From Epiperipatus broadwayi (lineage: Eukaryota > Animalia > Onychophora): a stretch of DNA of 64,000 nt. This document shows, piece by piece, positions 28,490 to 40,559 of the stretch. Numbering within the stretch: the stretch's first letter is position 1; each line of letters starts with the position of its first letter. Below the pieces are notes generated by a model. It was not told the origin of the DNA. It saw only the letters and a list, made by a program, of their open reading frames with translations, and made no database searches. A program made the position numbers and the translations under genes. Location: contig JAQFVV010000008.1 of NCBI GenBank assembly GCA_028023455.1, positions 248,001 through 312,000 on the forward strand, written 5' to 3'.

Positions 28490-30767
28490 TTTGTATGGTG
28501 CTAGGGAAACAGATATTTGTGATATTTGTTTCTGCAAACCAATTAAAACCAAAAAACGCAGAATAACTTGATTACATGATTGAGAGAAAAAGGAGCAGAC
28601 AAAATTCTTCAAGCTACTGGAGATGATTCCTACAAACATTAAGAGGAGTGACATACTGAAAAGTTATAAAGATTGTGCATATAGTTTATAATCTGCATAT
28701 AGAAGAACCACTACAGGTATTTTGCTGGCCCCATTAAAAAATACTAGATTCTGTTACAGAACTGAAAATAAATCCTGATAGTAAAATCAGCCTTGATCTA
28801 GTTCAGGTTAGTGATGAGCACAGATCAGAACTATAGCTAAAAAATTGTACCTGTCGTTAAAGCAGATACCTTGACCAAAAATACAGCTGCTTCGAAATAT
28901 GTTAATCTGAAGATAATGTGAAAATTTAATAATTGCTGTTGAATTAAGAGCTGGGGTTTAAATGGTGAACTAATTCAATATAAAAATAAATAGCAATTGA
29001 CTACAGGGTTTCGGATAACTGCTCTTCAAACTTACCATTGTGGACAAACCTAACGAAGATCATTTTGTATAGTTGTGTGAATCTGTTATGCAAACTAAAC
29101 AGGAGAAAAAAAATGGAATGCAAAGATATTAAAAATCAGAAGTGAAGAAAATTAAGTTACAGTCTGAGGATACCAAAATGAAACCCACAAAAAAAAAAAA
29201 AAAAAACCCATCACCAATGAGACTACTAAACTTTCTCAATTATTTGGAGAGTTTGAGAACTCTGAGCCTCCTCTTACAACAGTGAAATCAGAGCATTTCT
29301 GATTAAGGTCATTATTTTTTAAATTCATCACACATTATTTTTTAAATTCATCACACACTTAACCATTAGTAAGATGTGTAAAATCAAGAATGAGCAGGCA
29401 ACAACATAATTAATTTTTCCTGTATTTTTTACCTCTTTAATAAATACTTTTTAATGACAAATTATTTTTAAAAAAATCTACAACAAACTATACCATTAAT
29501 CTTCATTAAATTGAAATTCAAAGTCATATGTTACAACTGAATAGATTTTTCTTTTTGTAATGAACCTTGATTACCAATTGAGGAAATAATCATTTATCTA
29601 CAAGAGCAACAAAAACCATGTTTTATAAAAAAAAAAATTAATATGCTGACAGTCAATAATGAGTATTTTCATTATATGAGATTTCTTTCAGGATCCTAAC
29701 TATCGCTGTGTATTTCAATTTTATTGATCATTATGAACATATTAATAAAAAGATATAAATAAAAGACACTAAGCATGTTAAAAAATAAAAAAATCAGTTA
29801 ACATTAGAAAAATGAATATTCACTGAAATTAAAAATTTATATAAATTTCAAAATACAGTTCATAGTGACACACAAAATATTAAATATCCAAAAAAAAAAA
29901 AAACAACTGTAGATTAAAAAACATTAAAGTTTATAATGTAATTCTAAAACCAAGATAATGAAAAATTATGACAAAGCAGTATCAAAAAATTATTATTTGG
30001 TTCATAGTACTCTATTGCCTAGAAATTCTATGTGCCTCTAGGCACAGATCTTAAAATAAATTATTATTACATGATATCAATTCAAAAACATTCAAAGTTT
30101 ATAAATATTCATTACAGTTTTATAATAACAGGTCCTTTTAGTGGCAAATCATGGTAAGAATTTAAAATTATAGTAAAATAAACATTTAATTATTATTTAA
30201 TTATAAAAACTGATTTATTTTTATAAACAAAATATTTGTTTCATTTACATTAGCTTTAGTCAAAATTTTCTTTCCAGGCACTTACTTGCTCTTTTATAAA
30301 AATTTAATGCTTGACATATGTTTTAATGTACATATTAAAATAAAAGCAAAATTTGATTTATAATTATTTTTATCAATTATACTGCTTGCTTAAAATTTTG
30401 TTTTACAAAAATATGGTCTTACTATTTCAGAGGGTGATTTGCTTGCAGCATGATACTATTCTTTTAGCTCATTTTCTCTTATTAGCCATCTTTTTCTGAG
30501 ATTTTTTTTTTTAAAAAATGCAAGCATATATCAATGATTCTTTCAACAAATAGAGAATCAGAACATTGCTGAAATCAAAAAAAAACAGATGTCAAAGCAA
30601 AGCCTTTATTTAACTATCATATTTTGAGTGATGAAAACCATACATAATTATATAGCACATACAGATGCATATGAAAACTAACTTCAGCAAATAGAGAAAA
30701 AAACATAATTCTGTACTGCAAATAAGGCTAGTAAAAAATAAATAAAATCAGTACTTTGTTTGATATT

Positions 30768-31566
30768 ATTCCTGCTATGATCTATTACTCCGATGATGTT
30801 TGCGTCTGGTAATATTTATTCATAGTTTCCACTTATGATGTCATGGCAACTAAGAATCCTGGCATGACTAATCCGTATCAAATAAACTGATCCTTTCCCT
30901 TTTAGATATTAAATGGTTCAGACCACCACAGTGACTTTTTTTACCAGCATAATATATCTCTTGCATCATTTGTAAGAAATATGGTTTATATCTAAAAATA
31001 TACATTTACAGCTAAAACTATATATTTGTGGGGTTTTTTTGCTAAAACTGTGTTGTTATTTTTTTACCAAAAAAAAAAAAAATATTTAAAACTTACAGCT
31101 AAAATTTTGTTACAGCTCACCATTTAAAAAACGTTTCAGAGTTCTTTCATTATTTCTCCTTTTTCCATAATGAATATATCTCTCCATCATTGGAAATAAG
31201 ATTTTTTTTTTTTAGAAATGCTGACAAGATATGACAGCTTTGACATCACTAAGTGTCATAATAAAAATCCACAAAAAGTGCCATATTAAAAAGTCACAAC
31301 TACCTGTTTTTATTTAGTACCCAAATGTGTTTTTTTCCTTTTTTCATACTAAATATATTTGTTTAGATTTGAACTTTCATACTGCACATGATATGATGTA
31401 TTACTCCCGATGGTTTATTATTCTAAGTTTGCCACATCTTTAAAATAACACTTCCATGAAATCTGCGGACAAATTTTATTGATTAAGTTTGTCTGCACAT
31501 TCCTTGGAGGTGTTATTTTAAACATATCGCAAACTTAGAACTGGAATAATACATCATAGCAGGAAT
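30768..31566. mobile_element. Degenerate inverted/direct repeat element
   Basis: Perfect 13-bp terminal IR ATTCCTGCTATGA; direct repeat ATGAT(C/G)TATTACTCC(C)GATG at ~30777 and ~31394; degenerate hairpin 31423-31538. Confidence 0.45.
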
Positions 31567-34500
31567 ATTATCAAAGTATCAAAAAATTTTACTTCGAAAA
31601 TTTTAATTCTTATATAAGGGACTCTACATTTATTAACTATAATTTTATCTTATTTTTTGATTATTCGAGTACAATTATAATGAGAAACAAATTCATAGCA
31701 AAAAAATAGATATTAATTACAATAATCAAAAAATAAGTGAAATGTTTTTATAAATAAATATTGTATCAAGTGAATATTACATATAATTTTTATCCAAAAA
31801 ATAAATTTAAAAAAGCACTATGTATAGAACAAAAGTTACAAATTAATTGACATCAGATGAAAAAAGCAAGTATATGAATGAAATTTTGAAATTAGGTTAT
31901 ACTTTAATGAGATCAAAAAAGCAAACCATTACAGGTATGTTTTTTTTCAAAAAAAATTGCATATTAAAAAATTCATATATAATTCATTCACATATACATG
32001 TATTTTTAAAAAATCTTTTGACTGCTATTGTTGAACTATTTTAAACTTTTGCTTTCTGAAATCACTTTTACTTTAGCAAATTATTTATTTACTTTTAGTC
32101 CAACAGAAAATATATTGTAAAAAATAAAATAGAGCAGTAATAGATGAAACAAGAATTATATTTCCAAATTTTAATATGATGAAGTTAGCAACATAATTTA
32201 ACTTATATAAAATTACTGTCAATTCTCATTATAACCTCCTGTGAAAATTTTCTTAAAGAATAGCCCAATGATGAGAATATATCAAGAATAAAGTTTGATA
32301 TATAATAAGATATATAAATCAATTTGGAATCTACAATAAGTTTATCCAAATTTCAATGACAATGCCTTAAAATTTTCAGATTCGTCAATCAGTTGCATTC
32401 TATTTTTAAAATATTGCATTGTCATAAAGTATAAATTAAAATAAATTTTTCAAATTTTTTTTAAAATTTACAATATACTTTTTATCAATTTTATACAGCA
32501 TATCCTTGTATAAAATTTTATTTGAAACAAATTTAAATAATTAATAACAATTTGTTATTGGTATTAAATTCTGTTTAATGTATTTTATTAGCAGTTATTT
32601 TTTTAAATTATTGTTTTATTGAAAAAATAATGTAAAACTAATTTTTGTCTATTCTATATAAATATAATTATAGAAATATTAAAATATATATATATAGTTA
32701 TTGTCTCTATATATATGAAAGTGTTTTTCAGAAAATCATTAGCCATAATAACTAGCTGTATAACATTTATTTATGTGTTGTGTATGTTGGGAATGAAAAC
32801 AAAGTGTTTTTTTTTTTTTTGGGAGAAATCATGAGGAAGGAAATAGAATTGTTACATATTTTGAGACAAAGAAATTATAATATCTAAATCCATAAGAAGT
32901 CTATGAAAAAGGGAAGAGAATAAGGGTTAATCTTAAGATAACAATCAAGCTCTTAAGTAGTATAAAAAAATTGACCAAGTGTGAAGATTTCAGTGTAGCT
33001 CTTAAAATTTGATAATACTGATGATAAATGCAAGTGATTAAACATAAACATTTTTAATTCTTATAAAATATTTTTAAAAAGTAAACTAAGATATTCTGCA
33101 CATTGATATTGCTGCATGAAACATTATGCAACTTTTTATTCCAAATGACAATGTTATAATTACAATAATTAATCTATATTTTAATACACATTTTTATTCA
33201 TTTTATTTCATTTTTTAGCCAAATATCTACATTTTCTCCAATATTTTAGTTATTTTACATCTACCTAAATAAAATCTTATTGAATTCATATCAGCATTCT
33301 TACCCCTAATTATATACTTCTATAATTCAATTATTTCTTTTAAATGCTATTATATTTTAATAATAAATATTTTCCATTTAGCCACAAATATCACTTGATA
33401 AGTCAAAATTTCTTTTGTTTAAGAGTTCATTTCTAAAAAATTTTTTATATATTATAGTAAGATCTCTTTACTACAAATATAAAAAGATATCTAAATAGTA
33501 AAAAAAATCATATATGTAAAAACAAAGATAATATTGTATCTGTATATAGAAATTTTTTGTCTAACAGCAAGATGAAATACCTAGGCAATCAAATATTACA
33601 AACAAGTGATATTCAATTATCAAAAGATTTTTCAATTCTCAAATAATTTGTCTATTTATATATTTTATTCATTATCTTATATTATGTCTAATAATATTTA
33701 TTAATATATTTAGCTCTTTTTTTTCCTATTGCTTGTCTTATTTATTCTAACTGATGAAATGTAAATACTATTTTCTCAGAAGGAAAAAAGGAGATGGGTA
33801 ATAATAGCACATTTATCTATTCTAAGACTTAGAAATTGAACCTGGCTGAGCAAATGTTCAAAATTTTTTCCAAGAATAAGTAATTCTTAGACTTTTTTTT
33901 TTCAGATAGCCATTCCATAGCCAACTGCTACCATATAATATTGGCCTATAAATGAGTAGTTGACTATCATTAATTGGAAAGTAATGAAACATTAATTTGG
34001 GTTAGACACATGAAGGTCTATGTGCAGACTATAAAATGATTGTAATATTATACAACAACACCATTGATTGGGTAGAAGTTATTTTTTTATGAGCTCTAAA
34101 ATCTATAGTTTGTTTTACAAGATGACAAATCCAGTTCTCTCAGTGTGTTTACACAATAGTCAAATGCAGATCTACAATTTTTCAAAAATCCTTATCAAAG
34201 ATTGTCAATAATTCTAATCCACTATATACTGCAATATTTCCAGATTTAAGAATTGATAATGATATAAAGCTTATAAAGGAGGTAGTAACTTCTCAAGTTC
34301 AATGCCTAATTCTTTTTGGAAAGTTTTAATACTACATATAAAATAATTAGTTCTTAAGTCAGTATCCCACAAAACAATTATGCAAAAAAAAAAAAAAAAG
34401 ATTTAAGTTTCCAGTTAGCCAATACAAAAACTGGATTAATATTCAAAGGTACTAGTATTTTATTAGATATCACATTCTCACAAAACACGTTCTTAACCTT

Positions 34501-35123
34501 ACGACTTTAAACCTCATTTGCTGATTATTTTACTTTTGTGAATAGATTCTTTACAAAAAAATCTGATGACCCATTTTATTGTGTTCAACAAGTTGTTTTA
34601 CCATTATTTTTTCTATTTGCAGTGAGTATCATGATTTTAAATAATAGGTTAATAATAATTTCATGTTTTAATGATTTCTCTTTTCAACATTTTGATTCAC
34701 CAAAAGTCATCTTTAGGTTTAAAAATTAAAATTTACTTCTTTACTGTTTTTGTAAAATATATCATTATTGATATTAAAAATAATTATGAATCCATTAAAA
34801 TAATACAATGCAATTTCTAGTCCTAAATAAGACTACTAGCTGGTTGAACCATTAAAAAAAAAAAAAAAAAAATGAAAACAAAAAACATAAATTTGTCATC
34901 TATAAACAATATTGTATTTTGTAGCATGAAGTTTGAAATATGCAAATTATTGCAATATATATATATAAAAAAACCCTCACAAACATTGATACTCAATACC
35001 AATTTTTATTCATTTCATTAAAAACATTAGTAATAAAAACATTTTTTTTTTACACTAACAGAAGTAATATGTATGCATGTATTATGATGTATCATCAAGA
35101 AATTGACAATGAATGATACTTAT

Positions 35124-35296
35124 GTATTAGATCTGCCGCCAGTGTTTGTGATGGCAGAATGCCATACTCTGTTGTTGCAAACACCCTTTCCCACCATTGG
35201 AGAAAAATGCAACATTCTGCCATCACAAATATTTGCAGCAGGTCTAATACATTCTGCCATCACTGCCATCACAAATATTTGCAGCAGGTCTAATAC
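35124..35296. repeat. Small inverted-plus-tandem repeat
   Basis: 38-bp arm 35124-35161 is inverted at 35213-35250, and that arm is then tandemly repeated to 35296. Confidence 0.8.
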
Positions 35297-37145
35297 TTAG
35301 TATTCAACGAAAAATTATCTTGAATGTTATTCAGATTTCTCAACCTTTCAGAATCAATTTAAGGTGATATTTAAGGGAGGACTACTATTAGACTACTATT
35401 AACACTATTAAATATTTATAGAATAGTTAGAATGCACTGGCAAAAACCTTTGAAGACATTTTTAAAAACTGAGATTAAAGATTTAAATAAAAATAATAGC
35501 TCTAAATAGCTTACTCCAACACTCCAAGAGTAATACAGTAGAAAACATTATCCACTAGAATAAAGAAAACCTGATTCGTGATGTTTTATTTTATTCTTAA
35601 TTAAGAATAATTATAGTCATTTATCATTCAATGAGATAGCTACCTGAAAGAAAAAAAAAACAAATTTGCTTGGAATATACTCAACTATCTATTTCATTTT
35701 GAACCCAGATTGTAGGCAAGGCAAGGAAACATACTAATTATTATACTATGAGACTCAAATAAAGATTTAAACACTAGCCAATAATTTGACAATAACTTAG
35801 AAATCATAATTACCTAGGTTTAGTTTAATACACTTACAACAAATTAATAAATAAATTTTAAAAAAAAAGATTAAATAATAGTTATCATAGTAATGATACT
35901 TATTATTTAAGTAAATCTTGATAAACTGAGAGAATAAAAATTATTATCAATTCTAAGTCAAAATAAAGAAACTTAAAATTTTCCTAATAAATGATCGAGC
36001 TTTCATTATTATACAGATGTTTTAACCATTATCAAGACTCATTTATATTAACTTCAAATTTATTGACAATTTAAATATTATCATGGGTGAAGTTGTTACA
36101 ATACAAATGTAATATTATAAAAAACATTGAATTAGAAAAATTATAAATTCTTTATTTTGATTTATATAGAGTAGTAAAGCTAGTGATAAAAATTGATTCA
36201 CCTGTAATTTTTTGAAAGCAATTTTTTTTTTTTTTAATTATATGAATAATCTTTACTTATTGAATTACAAATAAAGTATACAAAAGAAAATTGAAAGATT
36301 CTATTGGAAAATGGTCAGATTCATTCCAAGAATTTAAATGCTGAAAATGGATCATAATTTTGCAGTTTTTATTGTCAAGTTGTTAATGTGAATTGTATAA
36401 AAAGATGAATAACCAACGAATACATGCTATCATTACTTTTAATTTTGACAGCTTTCTAATGCCAAAAGAGCTGAACTACCTTTAAAAGCTATATTATATA
36501 TAAAAGAATTGAAGTGAAGGAAGATCAGATGAAAATTTTGAACTCCCAAAATCTTTTTTGTGGGAATTCTGGACCGACTTCAGGTGTTAGGATTTAAAAA
36601 GTTGGTTATTTAAAACAATAAAAATCATATTATTTTCTATATAAGTTTATAATACACACATAACTTAGATAATGAAAACTTGTAAAGATTAACAAAGAAA
36701 TGCATACTACATAATATTAATTGGGCATAAATATCAATTTTGCATATATTTATATTGTAAACTATTATAATTTTCGCACTTTTTTTTTTTTGCTATTACT
36801 TCAAACAATTTTTTTTTAATCATATGCTTCGTATTATAATTTATATTACAATAGGTTTACTGATTACGAAATATTATTAATCATGAAGATAACGTTTACC
36901 TTTTAATTAGACTAAAAATAATTAAAAAAAAAATCAGTATAATATACTGATTTTTTTTATTATTATTAAACAACTGCAGAAAGATAAATACTTAAATACG
37001 CATTTTAAATATCTATACAGAAATTTAAAATAAATACATGTATAAATAAATTTTAAAAAAAATAAATCATAGCACACATCTAAGTAAGTAAGTAGCAATA
37101 GATACAAGGCCTAGAAACTGTTCCGAGTCATTTAAATTGACTTAC

Positions 37146-37227
37146 CACTAAATACCATAGCTGCAGATGCACCCATTACTCCAAAAAACGGTGAGTAAAT
37201 AGGTGATTTTTCGCTTGCATCTGCCAT
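37146..37227 (-). CDS. Vha16 (ATP6V0C): V-ATPase 16 kDa proteolipid subunit c, coding exon 1 (82 nt, ends phase 1)
   Basis: Minus-strand translation MADASEKSPIYSPFFGVMGASAAMVFS+g, followed by a GTAAGT donor; matches the conserved c-subunit N-terminus (SPFFGVMGASAAMVFS). Confidence 0.97.
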
Positions 37228-37500
37228 TTTAATTTAAAATTAACTACCTTTCCAAACTATAAGGGGGATATGTTAAGATAAAAATAGAGGAATGTTCTCC
37301 TCTAAACGCAATCACTCCGGTCCAATAATTAAGATGGCGATTGGGGCGTTAATCATGTGATGGAATGACTCTCTATTTGTTTTGAAATATCACATCTGAT
37401 TGGTTTCAATTCTTACATTTTTAAAGTTACTACCAATCAAATTTTAAAACACATTTCAATCATATTTAATATTGTCTTTCTTACAAACCACGTTTTCTTT
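37228..37500. promoter_or_regulatory. Vha16 promoter, probably bidirectional
   Basis: TCATGTGA M-box at 37353-37360; CCAAT/ATTGG at ~37322, 37340, 37399 and 37433; AAGATGGCG (YY1-like) at 37331-37339; locally retained CpGs from ~36770 to 38040 against a CpG-poor background. Confidence 0.75.
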
Positions 37501-37551
37501 CTCGCATAGATGTTTCAAATTTGATCTAGTGAATGTATTTTCTCTTTGTAG

Positions 37552-37637
37552 GAAGATATTTTGACTTAATTGTAATATTGAGATTATAAAATTAGATCCA
37601 ATTCCTACAAAATATCTTAAATATGACTTTTTATAAG
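37552..37637 (+). other. Candidate non-coding exon of a divergent plus-strand transcript
   Basis: Ends in AAG|GTAAGA, preceded by a TTTTCTCTTTGTAG acceptor-like tract, and lies immediately downstream of the promoter. It has stops in all three frames, with only ATG ACT TTT TAT AAG open at its end. It may instead be a first exon starting at ~37480. Confidence 0.4.
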
Positions 37638-38239
37638 GTAAGACATTTGCAAATCCTTGCTCGTTTTATCCTTGAATGTACTGATTGTTTTATAATTATT
37701 GAGTTGTTTTTTTTTATTCTAATTGTTTATAAACTAGAATTTGGGAGAAAAAGTACTAAACATTTACTATTTCTTTTTTATTAAAAATATTAGAACTGAA
37801 CAGAGTGTATTGTATTATTTGCGACTAACACAAGATGTGGAGTATCTGTATGGTATATGGATATCTTGATTTATATAGTCATTCTAAACTCATCTTTAAC
37901 TTTATATTTTTTGTCTTCCTTTTTTTTTTTTATTGCACTAGAGTTAAAATAATTGACTATACTCGTTTGTTTCAACTAGTGAATGAATATGGTTAAATGT
38001 ATACTATTTGTACTCCTTGTTTTAGTTAAGATCGATCATAAAAAGCATTTGCAATCTTTGTATTGTATATTTTTAAAAATAAGAAAAAATAATTAAAAAT
38101 GGTTTTAATTTAGCACTAGTTGAAAATGTATAAAAATATGGATTTTACTTGAGCAAAGGGCTGATTATATTTTACTATTTCTTATTGCATTGCCAAATGT
38201 ATATCATATAATATTAAATCATCCATGCACTTTACTATT

Positions 38240-38800
38240 AAGCATCACATGATCACTATCTTATACTAGCACATAATTGTTTATAAACAAAGCAAAACTC
38301 TCCATACAGTATTGCCACCCTGTGCCAACCAGAGTAATCAATGAATGCCAGAAGGCTTGTGCATAAAATCCCTATCTAATGCTGCCTACTCATCCAATAT
38401 CTCCAGACTAATAGGATAGTGGTGGCTATTGTTTTTTAAGGTCCAAAGACACCAAAATGTATGGGTGCTGAACTGAATTCAGACCCATATGACTATATAA
38501 GCTATTGAGCTTAGATTGAAAATATTTTTGTGTTTTCAATTTCATTCTCATAGTTTTGTAGTTAAGTAGAGATAAAAAGTGGGTGCTGGAGGGTTGCATT
38601 AGATCCTAAGATCTAGGTGCAGTGCTCTCAGATCCAAAGCTTCTCACTGACAATGGCCACAAGCCAGAAACTAGTCTGGGGATATTGGATGAGTAGGAAT
38701 TAGATAGAGATTTTATGCACAAGCCTTCTGGCATTCATTGATTACTCTTGTTGGCACCGGTTGGCAATACTATATGGAGAGTTTTGCTTTGTTTATAAAT
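38240..38800. mobile_element. Penelope-like inverted pseudo-LTR insertion, copy 1
   Basis: Inverted arms 38280-38410/38672-38799; a ~40-nt tail on the left arm only; 11-bp direct repeat ACTTTACTATT at 38229-38239 and 38801-38811; contains a hammerhead motif; homologous to 49328-50097. Confidence 0.7.
38641..38682 (+). ncRNA. Minimal type I hammerhead ribozyme motif (G8 mutated)
   Basis: TTCTCA-CTGACAA-TGGC cacaa GCCA-GAAAC TA GTC-TGGGGA: stem I, core, 4-bp stem II, ACTAGT palindromic helix III and GUC triplet. Confidence 0.7.
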
Positions 38801-40559
38801 ACTTTACTATTGTTAAAGTTGAAGTTAAGAGATATAAAAGTTCTGAAAAAGATTGCTGTGGCAATCGAAACTGAAAAAGAGGATGATAAATAAAGCATTG
38901 TGTAACAGTAGTAAAGTACATGGATGATTTACTATTATATGGCTCATTAAAGTTTATGGAATCTAAAAAGATCTAGCTGCTTTGGAATGCAAAAAGAATA
39001 CTGATCCTTTTAGAAAGATAAATTTTATGCTTTAAATATTTAAGTGCTAAAATAAATTGTGATTAACTATTGAGCACCTGTTTCGAGCTGAGAAGTCACA
39101 TGTCATTGCACTATTGCTCAACATTAACTTATTGCTGCAAAGTAGTGTCATTCTGCTAGTTAAGCATTCATTCTCAAATACTTATGTTTTTTCCATCCTC
39201 AGTCACAGGACAAAGGCATATCAAATTACTTTTCCGTAAAGATTTATTTCTAGTTTTCTTTTTTCACAGTGATGCAACAAACTTACAACTTCTCATGCCA
39301 TTTCAAATCAGATTTTACCAGTCATTTTGTGTAGTTATTCAATAAGAATTTTTTAAGCACATTAATTATCCTTTTCCCCCCTATGTATTCAATCTATTTA
39401 AGTTTTTCGATCTTTTGCCAACATACATTTTGCTTTATGTCATTTGCAGTTTTAAATTCAAATCCCATGTTTTAAAATTCTAAATCAAAATTTGCAAAAT
39501 ACATAATAGGTTTCCCCCCTTTTTTTTTTTGATATAAGGTTTTTAAGGTTAACAAATGCATTTTATTTTAATTCCTCTCCCCCGCTTCTATTTCATCTAC
39601 ATAAGTTGTAACTAATTACCTCAAGTAAACACAGTTATCTATTTTTTCAATTTTCTCTGCATTCACTACAATATCTCGGTAATATGTTACTTTTGTAGAA
39701 TCTGTAATATAGTTCACCAGGCATTTTTGTTTTATTTATCCATTTCCAAAGGTGTCAAAAAAATCTTGCAAACAATAATATCTGACTATCGTATTCAATA
39801 ATTCCTTTTAGTTTATTTTTTTAATATGATTATAAGAAAAAGAAAATACACAAAACTACTAATGATTGTAATTAAACAAAATTTAATGTAAGTGCAAAAT
39901 GAAAAAGATTTTGAAAGAAAGTACATCTGGATCTCTTTTTATGCTGTAGATAGGTTCCATAGAAAACCCGCATTAAAAAAATCGCACAAAAATAGACTTA
40001 ATTTACCTTGAAAAATGTGGGATACATACCGCAGTTTTCAAAAATTGCATAAAACCAAAGCAAAAAGGTAAAATTACTTTAAAATTTGCATTAAAAAAAA
40101 TAAAGTATGACTAATAAAAAATTTCAAATATTTGAAAAAAATTGATACAAGACAAACTTTTTTTATTAACTATTTAATTTTATTCAAAACAATATGTTTT
40201 TATGTGTAATTTATTTTACATTTTTTCATACATATTTTAATCATTATAGCTATTTGCCAATATGCAGGTTCATTTGTGAACTGGTAAGAAATCAGATTTG
40301 TCACAAGAGGAATCATTCTTGTTCTGTCTACAATGTAATCGTTAATTAAACTTTGAGATGATGATTTTACTAAGTGTTCAAGAAGCTCATGATATCCAGA
40401 CTGCTATGTCTAGCTGTTAGAGAATGCACTTCCATGAATGTGTTAATAATGACTAATGGTTAAATTTTTTTTTTATTCACATATATACATGAAGAAACTT
40501 TTAGACAGAAAAAGGTTACAAATAAAAATATTTAAACTTTTAAAGATGCATTCTTTTTA

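Larger units (their letters stand above)
38205..38941. mobile_element. Small MITE-like element (33-bp IR) interrupted by the Penelope-like insertion
   Basis: 38205-38237 and 38909-38941 are inverted with 2 mismatches; removing the nested insert leaves ~165 bp. Confidence 0.55.

Noticed and set aside
28490-29200. LINE ORF1/gag zinc-knuckle remnant
   Set aside because: Only LQGFG and HCGQ fragments with stops; too weak to call.
14060-29356. Short tandem duplications as a CRISPR-like array
   Set aside because: Each has only two adjacent copies without unique spacers, in a eukaryotic intron.
29690-29770. Plus-strand terminal exon DPNYRCVFQFY* with AATAAA
   Set aside because: No linked upstream exons or homology; AATAAA is uninformative at this AT content.
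40350-40440. Box C/D snoRNA (ATGATGA)
   Set aside because: No box D (CTGA) with a terminal stem at a suitable distance.
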